Shown here piece by piece: positions 1-11,270 of a DNA stretch of 35,851 nucleotides. A program made the position numbers and the translations under genes. This stretch comes from Nemertoderma westbladi (taxonomy: Eukaryota > Animalia > Xenacoelomorpha). The notes beneath the pieces were generated by a model, which saw nothing but the letters and a program-made list of their open reading frames with translations, was not told the origin of the DNA and ran no database searches. The stretch spans positions 1-35,851 of the forward strand of contig JAUCBJ010006438.1 in NCBI GenBank assembly GCA_032718475.1, read 5' to 3'. Numbering within the stretch: the first letter of the stretch is position 1; every line of letters starts with the position of its first letter.

Positions 1-447
1 AACAAACTATCTTGGGATCAGCCTCGTTGTGGCTGATGTTAACCATCAATCAATATATGTAAGATAAGATAAGATATATTATTTGGAGATAATTCCAGTT
101 GGAAGCAGGAAATTCACGAAATATAAAATAAATACAACACATATTAATGAATTCTTAAAGCGTAACGAAGCGACTTACTGTACTGTATGCTCCAGCTTAT
201 TAAATAAATAAACGTTTACGCAGCTTTACTAACACGCATAATCGTGTAACTGTTTTTGTTCCAGCAACCCGCCTCTGGGTACGGTATGGAACAAGATATG
301 AGAATATATGAATATATTATAAACGGTGTATACTTATATGCTGTATACTCTATATACTGTATATACTGGTATACTACAGTAGTATATAATGTATATATAC
401 TCTATTGTATTAGGCTGGGTGGAAACCATGCTTGAACACTTCTTGTC

Positions 448-680
448 TCAAACACGATCAACTCCTACCTGCTGCTTAATTCCGAGCTCTCTGACTAAAA
501 AGCCATGAGCCACGTCTTTTAAATCCTCATTACGGGTTCCTTTAATGTTCATTATGATAAGGTTACGGCGTCCCCGCTGTCTCCCGTATGTCTCACTATG
601 CGTTTTAGTTGAGATCTGTGGGTATCGTCCACCTTTTTCTCCAGCGCCTATAAATTGCATTGTTGAGAGACCATCTACAA
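448..680 (-). mobile_element. LINE ORF1 fragment (degenerate)
   Basis: Translation ...RRNLIIMNIKGTRNEDLKDVAHGFLVRELGIKQQVGVDRV resembles the RRxNLII.G..E / ELGI / IDR motif of non-LTR ORF1 RRM-type proteins. Confidence 0.5.
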
Positions 681-899
681 TCTTAGGAAAAAGAAGAATA
701 CTGTCCAAGTGCTCTTGCGCAAGGGTTGGACCTGGCTTTTCCCTTTCGTGGGCCCTACTAAGGTCATTACACTCGTCATGGAGTGAACACCTACTGCTGC
801 TAACACGTGCTCTCTTCTGTCTATGCAATTTCCTGTGGACAACCTCCACCCCCCGGTTATCCCCACCCCTCGATGCTGAACCGGGTCATGCTCCTTGAC

Positions 900-3250
900 A
901 TTACTTTCTCTTGCACAACGTATACAGGGAGCTGTGCCGCATTATTGCCGGAAGCCTAATCCCTAAGGCAGCTGAAGTAGAGGCAGCTGATAGTTAGACT
1001 TCCATACCAGCCAAACTGAGAAGACCTTCCTTTGCAGGGGCTTCCGCTACTACTACTAGGATCGGCATGCTGCATTGCAGCTGCATTTTTAAGAATGCTG
1101 TGCCGGCTTGTCAACAAAATTGCACCGCCACAACTCCCTATCACCCATGACATTTGCTAGATCATCCGCATCTTTAAGGCCAGTGTCCTTTAAGATGCGT
1201 CTCAAGAAAGTCATGGGCTGTCCACCATGCTTATTCACTCCATGAGGCTGCCAAAGTACAAGATGTAATTCCTAACATATGGGCCAAGGTTTAGTAAACC
1301 TCTTAACGATTTGCGGTAGAATACATCAAGAGCGTCACGATCAGTGGAGGTAAGAGAACCTATATTGAATTTTAGTCCATATGTGGTAGCTGGTACAGCG
1401 AGGGAGTCCCACAGTCGGAAGACCACCTTAGGAGGAAGCCAGCGCGTTGTCCATGTCCAGCCTCTAGTGTGAAATGTTTGAGAGTAGTAAGCTATCAACC
1501 CGATAGAATCATTAAGGATTACTTTAGAGTTCGATGAACTTTTAAGGTTGTATCCTAAGAAGGTAAGGGCATAACTTCTTGCAACAAGAGATCCACGTAC
1601 GTTGATAAAGCAGGGTTTAAGACATGGATTTTGGATGCTGTCGACTACAATCCATGAGGTTTTAGTGGGTTCAAAAAGCTAAGACGTACCTCGTCTGCTT
1701 TGTCACTTACATTCATTGCCATATGTTCGAGATCAGTAGCCGAGGTGCTAAGAAGGAGGAAGTCATCAGCGTATACTATGGCGCCTAACCACACAGGGCC
1801 GACACGACAACCTAAGTTGGAACTCTCTAGAGCCGCAGTTTTATCAGCTGTCAATAAGTTAAAAAAAGTTGGTGATAGTAGAGAACCTTGCTTTAAACCT
1901 TGGGCTACATATATGCCGTTGCAATCGATGCTACCATTAAATTTGAGAAAAACTATACCACAAAATTAATATGAGTAGACCATAGCTGCGATGTGAGGGT
2001 TGACTCCATGGTCCAGCAGCTTTCGAATGAGTGTGCAGTACTCAACATTGTCGAAGGCCGATTCTATATCTAGCTGAAGCAGGTACGCTGCGGAGCTTTT
2101 GGATCTGGAATGCTCAATCAGCAATGTGGCGATTACCGTGTCAGTGCCGTGACCCCTTTTGTATGCAGTCTGTTTTGTATGGGTGATGCAGGATACTTTG
2201 CAAGGATAATGTGTTCAAGGATCTTAGCGAATATGTTGATAGATGAGATTGGTCTAGAGGATGAAGGCTTGCGCGGATCTTTGCCTTTACCCTTATATAG
2301 GCTACTGAGGGCACTATGTCCGAAGTGAGAGGGGACAGTTTTTAGCTCAATGCAGAGGTTATATATATTAGCTAAAAGGTTGCACAACGGTTCAGGGTTT
2401 AGGTTCAGTACGTTCTCGACTGTGAGTGAAGAGGAGTCACAGGCTTTACCTCTTGCCAGAGATAGGATAGAGCTCTTTACAGTCAGTGGTGAAATATTTG
2501 GGAGAGGCGAGTTCCTACATGCATTGGTGAGTTCTTCCTGAAGTAGAGTATCATCCCTCTTGGTGGCAGATGAGACCGAGCCTTGAAATTTAGATTGCTA
2601 ATGGCTGTAAAGTTTCTCCTGCAATTCAGGGGTTGCGTTGTGTTGGATCTTGGTGGTGATGTTGGACCAGAATCTATGGGGGTTTGAGTCTATCTGACCT
2701 GACCATTTATTTACATAGTCCGCAACCAGATTTTTTGTGAGAAAGTTCTTGAGACGACGTGTAGATCTCTTAGACGCTTTAAATTGTTCAGCTATAGGGT
2801 CGGTGGGATGTTTTCCGCGGGCCTGCCACAGTTCGTAGAGGTCCTTAGTGACACGGCTCCTACTCTGCAGCAAAGTTGACCGAATTCGTAGGTTCTTCGA
2901 AAGCCGAGCAGGTTTCATAATGGGAATATTGGCAAGAGCACTGGCTACTATAGCGTCTCTCATTCTTACAGCGGCATCATTTAGAGCTGAGGGTGAGTGA
3001 TCGCTATCGTCGAGGGTGAACTGAATGCGATTTAGGTCAGTGTCCAGCCAATGCTCAGTCAGGCTCAATATGTTGCAATTAGCTAAATGATCCTTAATGT
3101 ATTCGATGTTAGAACATAATCCTCTCGTATTAAATGTACAACATGTGAGTTTGTTGTTATCTCTGTAAGAGTTACAACTGCTGCCGCTGACCGCTTCGGT
3201 TTCAGTGTTAAATATAGTGCGGTTGGGCCGAGTGGGGTGTGGATTTGTTC
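900..3250 (-). mobile_element. Decayed non-LTR retrotransposon ORF2 (APE endonuclease start + reverse transcriptase), RTEX/CR1-L2-like
   Basis: APE start TFNTRGL...ILSLTEHWL followed by an internal deletion; RT motifs YKGKGKDP..SRPIS..IFAKILE (2133-2387), LKQGSLLSP (~1870-1897) and GAIVYADDFLLLS (1645-1854); many stops and frameshifts. Confidence 0.85.
1047..1262 (-). mobile_element. 5'-truncated RTE-clade LINE 3' end with (TAG)n tail, inserted in the older LINE
   Basis: 1047-1244 is the near-identical reverse complement of 35015-35205. It reads LVLWQPHGVNKHGGQPMTFLRRILKDTGL..., a typical RTE C-terminus, then tagtagtag. Confidence 0.8.
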
Positions 3251-3443
3251 TTTTTTCATTTTGTCGGGTTCCAACTTCTGACATCCCTTTAAGTGATAAA
3301 ACATTAATCTATAAACACAGTGGAGATCTGGAACAAGTTTAGCGGGTAATAGACAGTTTCTACTTCCAAATTAGGCGTATCATCTGAAATATGGATGAAA
3401 AGAAGTCCGAGGAACAAAGTCCATCAGAATACTGAAAATACAT

Positions 3444-3776
3444 GGGTGTAAACACTGTGCCGACATTGTCGGCATTACGTTGTGCCGACAGTGTGCAGAT
3501 AAGTTGATGAAAATTTTGAAAATGTTGACATTTTCCGCACAACGTAACGCCAACACTGTTGGCACAACGGCACTGTTGGCACAATGTAACGCCGACACTG
3601 TCGGCACAACGTAACGCCAACACTGTCGGCACAACGTAACGCCGACACTGTCGGCACAACGAAACATCGACACTCAGCACATTATCTGCATACTGTCGGC
3701 GCAACGTTATGCCGACACTGTCGGCATAACGTAACGCCGACACTGTCTGCACATTGTCGGCACCGCGTTTACACCC
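3444..3776. mobile_element. MITE with 9-bp TSD (Mutator/foldback-like) and ~27-bp subterminal tandem repeats
   Basis: TIR gggtgtaaac...gtttacaccc; exact TSD aaaatacat at 3435-3443 and 3777-3785; repeat core gccgacactgtcggc is palindromic. Confidence 0.85.
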
Positions 3777-3932
3777 AAAATACATTCATGGGACTAATAT
3801 TTATCAATTTAGGGGGCACCATCTCAAAAGTGCCCAAATCCCATCTCAAATGCCTCTGAATTGTTGGAAACATATACTATCTGATTCCACCCATGATTTC
3901 ATTCGTAACTGCTTAGGTTTGTAGTATATTAA

Positions 3933-4092
3933 ACATGCTTAATATTGACACAGATTCAAATGACTTATAGAAAAAGTCTATAAAAAGTTTGTACATGCTT
4001 GAACTTGACACAGAGTCAAATGACTTATAGAAAAAGTCTATAAAAAGTTTGTACATGCTTGAACTTGACACAGAGTCAAATGACTTATAGAA
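3933..4092. repeat. 60-bp tandem repeat, ~2.7 copies
   Basis: 3961-4020 and 4021-4080 are identical. Confidence 0.95.
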
Positions 4093-4374
4093 GATTTTTT
4101 GATGCACACGCTAACTGCATATCGAAATCTTATATTTTTATCAGAGAACTATTCAACTTCTGAACAATATTTCGTCTCCAATCCATGCTGTATGTCACTG
4201 TTGAGATTGTTTATCCGTTGCCCAGCATCGGTTGCCGTAATTCTAAAGCTCCTATTGGTTGCCATACTTTACGATGTTCTTGCGCCCTATTGGCTGTTTC
4301 TATTCTTACAGTGTGTATAATATAATAATTTTATTAAATTAATTTTAATTATTATTTTTATTTTTTAATTTTAA

Positions 4375-6250
4375 TAATTTTAAACATGCCCGTAATAGCT
4401 ATAATAATCTTAATAAAAAATTGAAAAACAAATATATTAAGGATAAATTCCTAAATCAGAGAACAGCTAAAGGAAAGTGGGCGATAATTAACAGCATACT
4501 AAATAAAAATATTCGATCTACATCACCGGAAATAAAATACAACGGTCGTCTATTAACTCGTCCATTAGACATAGCTAAAACATTTAATGATATTTTCATA
4601 GATATAGGAAAATTTACCGGTCTAGATAACACATTAAATTGGACTCAATATAGGGCACCGAATGTAATAGATCATATAGCAGAACCGAAATTTTCCTTCC
4701 ACTGCATCTGCACTCTTGACATTTTTGAAGCTCTAACCAAACTATCTAACAATAAACCTTCCGGCCCCATTTCGATCCCTACTAGAATCTTTAAATTATC
4801 TGCATGATTTATTAGCTCTCCACTTTCAAATATTACTAATGACTCAATCACTAAATCAATTTTCCCAAATCAACTAAAAATATCTAACGTTACCCCTGTA
4901 TACAAGAAAGGCGACGAATATGACCCAACTAATTACCGTCCAATCTCAGTTACGCACCCAATAGCTAAAATATTCGAAAAAATACTAGTCACGCAAATCG
5001 AACACTACCTCTCACGTAATAACATTTTAACACCATTTCAATTTGGCTTCCGTAAAAGGTTTTCCACTTCTGATGCAATAACATACGCTACAGAAGCATG
5101 GCGGTATGACCTGGATCGTGGTTACCATGTTGCTGTAGCCTTCCTTGACCTTAGCAAGGCTTTCAACTCTCTGGACCATGATACACTAACAACACACCTA
5201 ACTGATCTAGGATTCGAAACAAATGCTTGCAACATGATTAAAAATTACTTACACGACAGACAACAACGAGTTAAAATAGGCCATACATTTTCACCATTCC
5301 TTATAGAGAAACGAGGGGTCCCCCAAGGGACACTCCTTGGCCCCCTTCTCTTCTCCTTATATACTAATTCTATTCCAAATTTAACCTCAAAAGATGCAAA
5401 TCTCATACAATATGCCGATGATACTGCTCTCTATGTCAGCTCCAAAAACGCATCAACTGCTACAGTAGATTTAGCTAAAAATGTACAAAACTTGACCAAT
5501 GTATTCGCAAAATTAAAATTAAAATTGAACCCGGATAAAACTGAATTTTTACTATCGAACCGCAAATAACATTGACTCAATAAAATTAAAAATAAATGAC
5601 ACCTCAATAATTAGCCAATCTAACTGCATTAAATATCTCGGCGTCCTAATCAACAACAAACTAAGTTGGACCGATCATATAAACAACATAATCAAAAAAA
5701 TGTCCACCAGCATTGCAAGTCTTAGGAAAATTAAAGGTCAGTTGCCGCTCAAAACGAAAATCCAATTATATAAAACCTTTGTTCTCCCTTACCATCATTA
5801 TTGCTGTCAATTCCTAATATCTCACCATAATGTTCATGGATTTAAAGACATATTATATAAATTAGAAAAAATTCAGAATTACGGTCTACGATGTACCTTT
5901 AATAAACGATGCAAAGACGTAACGGCAACTGACCTCAGAACCAAATCGAAAATACCCCTACTATCTGCTTTCCGTGAATATTACGGTCTCCTATTTTTCT
6001 ATAAATATATCTACAATATATCTGCCCCTTTTAAAAATCTTGATCTCCCACTGCTCCTAAGAAACACCCAGATCTTAAATAGACGCACATACAAAATCCG
6101 CTTACCTAGATGCCACAACCAATTTGGACATTACAGTCTCACTACACAGCTAATTAAACTATGGAACAAACTACCCATTCATATTAGACAAACAAACACT
6201 TTACAACATTTTAAACTTATAAAGGGTCTATTACTCAAAAGAGGAGGCAC
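4375..6250 (+). mobile_element. 5'-truncated CR1/L2-group LINE ORF2 (reverse transcriptase), pseudogenised
   Basis: YKKGD..DPTNYRPIS, QFGFRK, AFLDLSKAF, GVPQGTLLGPLLF, QYADDT, KYLGV, KLWNKLP motifs; stop at 4805-4807 and frameshifts near 5570-5600. Confidence 0.92.
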
Positions 6251-7354
6251 ACACACACACACACCCCTCTTTGTACAACCCCCATTCTGGGGACCGTTAT
6301 TTCTATCGGTCGGTTCTGGGGTCGATATTGATTCCCTTATAACTTCTTTATTCTTGGTTTAAATTAAATTATTTTGGCACCAATAGACTCAGGAGACCAT
6401 TTTACGTTATTCTATTGTTTCAAAATTTATCAACTCTAAAGATTGCTAATTTGTTACTCATAGGTTGAACTGGGGTCCTCAAACATACACATTTCACTGG
6501 TGTGTTTAAGTTTTTGTCCAATCACGATCCGGTCCCCACTGTGATTGAGCACATTTCAGCACTCTACCGAATGTTAAACATCAAACAATGTGCTGCCGTG
6601 TCAGACGATATGTGATTGGATAACAAATAATGTTCTGGAATATTCTTGAGAAATAGAAAGGGTTCAATGGGCAGCCACTATCTTCAAATCCTTGTATTCG
6701 TAACTAACTCGGCAATATGATTTTGATTGCGTACTGAATGTGTGAGGAAATAATACGTAGATTTCATTTTTGCTACCAATTTTAACTAAATATTTTAATA
6801 TTTTTTTTGCTATTTGTGATAATAATCAAATTAACCAATGAACTTGAAATAAATAATTAACTAAACCTAAGAAACATTCATTTAATTTCGCAGTATGTAG
6901 TGCCTAACATGATGTTCGTAACATTAATACAGTCAGATAATATAGTTAAATGCTTTAATTCTGAATTACTTAATATATAAGAAGAAAACAATACATGTAT
7001 TATTTCGTTTCTAAAATTTATATTTTAATAAGCGATTCATTTATTTCGTACTGAATATTTAGATAAAATGATGTTGATGTAGATTGCATTTTAGCTACCA
7101 ATTCATTCCGGGGACGTCCCCAGAGTGTAAATCTTCCCCGGTTTGTCGTTGTGTATTCATGCAATTGTCCCCGGTATGAATCAGGTACAACGTAATCCTG
7201 TGTAATCCGTATCCGTATGTAATGTATATTTTTGAATACATATGATTGCATGAACATATCAAGTAGGATAGGGTACTAAGCAAGTTAAATTCTTTAGTAC
7301 TAAATACATAAGAATGAAAACATACGATACGTTGGCCTAGAGGTATTATTTTAA

Positions 7355-8801
7355 GGCCCCGGTAGCGCTACATGGACATAATTTTTATATTGCCTTGTTA
7401 GAGCAACTTATCATTGTCAGAAACGACCATAACTTTGTATGAAGGTCAATGGAAGATTTGTAATTATAAATAAAAATAAAAAATTCAAATTTTTCAAAAA
7501 TTTGGAAACATATTACCAAATTTTTCGATAAAAATCCAAAAACCTTCAGCAGATTCAATCTTGAGTATTTTTCTTTCTAATTTTTAAAATCGTATCAAAA
7601 ATGTTTGTATGCTCTTTCGATATCTCGAAGCAAAATATCAAAAATTAATTAACAATTGTCATTTTGGTGCTGTTTTTTGTTTTGTTTATTGTTTAATTTT
7701 GACAAATTAAAAATTATCAATATTTTATTCAATTTTGGCCATTTATTTTCCATATTGGAATAAAACAATCAGAATTCGACGTCGAGATATCTGAAGAGAG
7801 CACATCAGAGAACCTCTCTGAGCAAAATTTTTGAAAATTTATTGAAAATTGAATTGTCTGAAGCTATTTTTATGCAAAAAAATACCATTCCGAGATAATT
7901 GCCTTTATAATTTGAAACTTCCCGCGACAAAATTGTCTGTTAATATGTGAGAAAGTCTGTCAATATATATCTATCAACAAGAAAGCATAAAACCATGCTA
8001 AGAATTTTGCTATGGGGGTTTTCCTGATCGTTGATTTCATTTTTGAGGTCAGTTCTCAATTTTAATGAAATCTAGTTTGTCTGAATGTCTGTCTGTCGGT
8101 CTTTCTGACCATCCGACTTATCTGTATTAGAAAAAGACACAGCATTGAGCTAAAAGTTTAGCTATAGGGGTTTTCCTGGTCGCAGAATCCATTTCCAGTG
8201 TCAACATTAAGATTTGATAACACCCAAATTGTCTGTTTGGCTGTCTGACTGTCGGTTATATTTTGACAGACAGACTGACAGGCATACAGACAGAACCAAC
8301 GAGGCCAAATTTTATTAATGACATCAGAAATGAAGTCACCGACCACGAAAACCCACACAGAGAATTTTATTAGACAGATCGTATGTTTTTTATTGACGGT
8401 CAGGTCAAACATACTGACGGACAAACCGACAGTAAAACGGACAGACAGCAATATCTCGAGAAGTAGGACAGATCTTGCTAAACGGTTTTCAAATTTGGAA
8501 TCTTGATAAAAATCTGCTCTAGATGAAAGTAAAAAAAATTTCCTGTGCGGACAGCCGGCACCATTATATCATATACTTATGTGCCACCGCAACTCGAAAT
8601 CCCTCAACCAGCTGGCGAACCACCACCTTCACACTTGCACATGAGGCATCGCACATAACTTTTAATTTATATTTATTGGTATATTTTTATTATTAAATAT
8701 GATCTTAATAATTTTAACACTTGTGGCTTATAACAGCAATTACCATATTTTGGTGTAATAAAAAAAAAAAAAAAAAATATTGAAGTAGCGCTACCGGGGC
8801 C
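7355..8801. mobile_element. Non-autonomous TIR DNA transposon with TTAA-type target (Kolobok-like), nested in copy 1
   Basis: 17-bp TIR ggccccggtagcgctac / gtagcgctaccggggcc; TTAA at 7351-7354 and GTAA (mutated) at 8802-8805. Confidence 0.8.
8540..8777 (+). mobile_element. Short poly(A)-tailed LINE 3' fragment
   Basis: Absent from the homologous site in copy 2 (~14655-14670); encodes a zinc-knuckle-like LCGQPAPLYHILMC; ends in aataaa running into a ~19-nt A tract. Confidence 0.7.
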
Positions 8802-9280
8802 GTAAGAGTTTTTTTCTAATTATATCAACTTTGTACAGTTCTAGAAAAATTGTCATAGGATCAAAAAGTTGAACTTTCTTGGTTATGCCTGTGGTTCACA
8901 ATTTCAAGTTAAGTGCAAGCAGTTTCTATGTGTAAAGTTGATATAATTGGAGAAAATTACAAACATACTTATAAGAAAGAAGCACTTTATAGCGTTATGA
9001 CATTTTATAACACTCGCTTCGTTCAGATAATAAACACACTCTGGCCGACCTCTAAAAAGTGCTACTTTTTACAAAGTGTATTAATAGTAAATAAAATCCA
9101 TGTATAAAATAATTGTAAATACATGGATGCTAACGTGTTTATGGGGTTGAAAAGGAAGAAGAAAAGGTATTGAATACAAGAAGAAGAAGGAGGAATAACT
9201 CGGAAATTATCAAATCTTACCCAAAAAGAAGCAGAGCAACTAGAAGATTGGACAATAAAGCAGAGATACAGAGCGATATT

Positions 9281-11270
9281 GAAGGTTAAAGAAGTAGGTG
9301 GGGCTGGGTCGTTGGAATTTAAAGGAGTGGGTGGGGCAGGGTTGTCTGATTTTAAAGGAGTGAGTGGGACAGGGTTGTCGGAGGTTGAAGGAGTAGGGTG
9401 GGGCAGGGTTGTCGGAGGTTGAAGGAGTGGTTGGGGCAGGGTTGTCGGAGTTTAAAAGAGTGAGTGGGGCAGAGTTGTCGGAGGTTGAAGGAGTGGATGG
9501 AGCAGGATCAATGGAGTTTAAAGGTGTGAGTAGGGCAGGGTTGTCGGAGGTTGAAGGAGTGGGTGGGGCAGGGTTCTCGGAGTTCGAAGAAGTGGGTGGG
9601 GTAGGGTCATTTGAGTTTAAAGGTGTGAGTGGGTAGGGTTGTCGGAGGTCGAATGAGTGGGTGGGGCAGGGTCATTGGAGTTTAAAGGAGTTGGTGGGGC
9701 AGGGTCGTCGGAGTTTAAAGGAATGGGTGGGGCAGGGTTGTCGGAATTTAAAGGAGTGGGTGGGGCAGGGTTGTCGGAGTTTAAAGGAGTGAGTGGGGCA
9801 GGGTTGTCGGAGGTTGAAGGAGTGAGTGGGGCAGGGTCGTTGAAGGTTGAAGGAGTGGGTGGCGCAGGATCGTTGAAGATTGAAGGATTGGGTGGGGCAA
9901 GGTTGTCGGAGTTTAAAGGAGTGAGTGGGGCAGGGTTGTCGGAGGTCGAAGGAGTGGGTGGCGCAGGATCGTTGAAGATTGAAGGATTGGGTGGGGCAGG
10001 GTTGTCGGAGTTTAAAGGAGTGAGTGGGGCAGGGTTGTCGGAGGTCGAAGGAGTGGGTGAGGCAGGCTCGTTGGAGGTTGAAGGAGTGGATGGGGCAGGG
10101 TTGTCGGAGTTTAAAGGAGTGGGTGGGGCAGGGTTGTCGGAGTTTAAAGGAGTGGGTGAGGCAGTGTTGTCGGAGTTTTAAGTAGTGAGTGGGGCAGGGT
10201 TGTCGGATGTCGAAGGAGTGGGTGGGGCAGATTCATTGTAGTTTAAAGGAGTGGGTGGGGCAGGGTCGTCGGAGTTTAAAGGAATGGGTGGGGCAGGGTT
10301 GTCGGAGTTTTAAGTAGTGAGTGGGGCAGGGTCGTCGGAGTTTAAAGGAGTGAGTGGGGCAGGGTTGTCGGATGTCGAAGGAGTGGGTGGGGCGGGGTCA
10401 TTGGAGTTTAAAGGAGTGAGTGGGGCAGGGTCGTCTGAGTTTAAAGGTGTGAGTGGGGCAGGGTTGTCGGATGTTAGAGGAGTGAGTGGGGCAGGGTTGT
10501 CCGAGGTTGAAGGAGTGGGTGGGACGAGGTCGTTGGATGTTGAAGGAGTGGGTGGCGCAGGATCGTTGAAGATTGAAGGATTGGGTGGGGCAGGGTTGTC
10601 GGAGTTTAAAGGAGTGAGTGGGGCAGGGTTGTCGGAGGTCGAAGGAGTGGGTGGCGCAGGATCGTTGAAGATTGAAGGATTGGGTGGGGCAGGGTTGTCG
10701 GAGTTTAAAGGAGTGAGTGGGGCAGGGTTGTCGGAGGTCGAAGGAGTGGGTGAGGCAGGCTCGTTGGAGGTTGAAGGAGTGGATGGGGCAGGGTTGTCGG
10801 AGTTTAAAGGAGTGGGTGGGGCAGGGTTGTCGGAGTTTAAAGGAGTGGGTGAGGCAGTGTTGTCGGAGTTTTAAGTAGTGAGTGGGGCAGGGTTGTCGGA
10901 TGTCGAAGGAGTGGGTGGGGCAGATTCATTGTAGTTTAAAGGAGTGGGTGGGGCAGGGTCGTCGGAGTTTAAAGGAATGGGTGGGGCAGGGTTGTCGGAG
11001 TTTTAAGTAGTGAGTGGGGCAGGGTCGTCGGAGTTTAAAGGAGTGAGTGGGGCAGGGTTGTCGGATGTCGAAGGAGTGGGTGGGGCGGGGTCATTGGAGT
11101 TTAAAGGAGTGAGTGGGGCAGGGTCGTCTGAGTTTAAAGGTGTGAGTGGGGCAGGGTTGTCGGATGTTAGAGGAGTGAGTGGGGCAGGGTTGTCCGAGGT
11201 TGAAGGAGTGGGTGGGACGAGGTCGTTGGATGTTGAAGGAGTGGGTGGGGCAGGGTTGTTGGAGGAGGAT
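9281..11270 (+). repeat. G-rich 33-bp minisatellite (~60 units) with a 693-bp higher-order duplication
   Basis: Unit ggagtgggtggggcagggttgtcggagtttaaa; 9848-10540 is repeated at 10541-11233 (21 x 33 bp). Confidence 0.95.

Noticed and set aside
545-898. Plus-strand 117-aa ORF and other short ORFs opposite LINE fragments
   Set aside because: Antisense shadows of retroelement coding sequence with no recognisable motifs.
3360-3785. Cys-rich ORFs (LCRQCRR, CADSVGVT)
   Set aside because: They are translations of the 27-bp MITE repeats, not metallothionein or zinc-finger genes.
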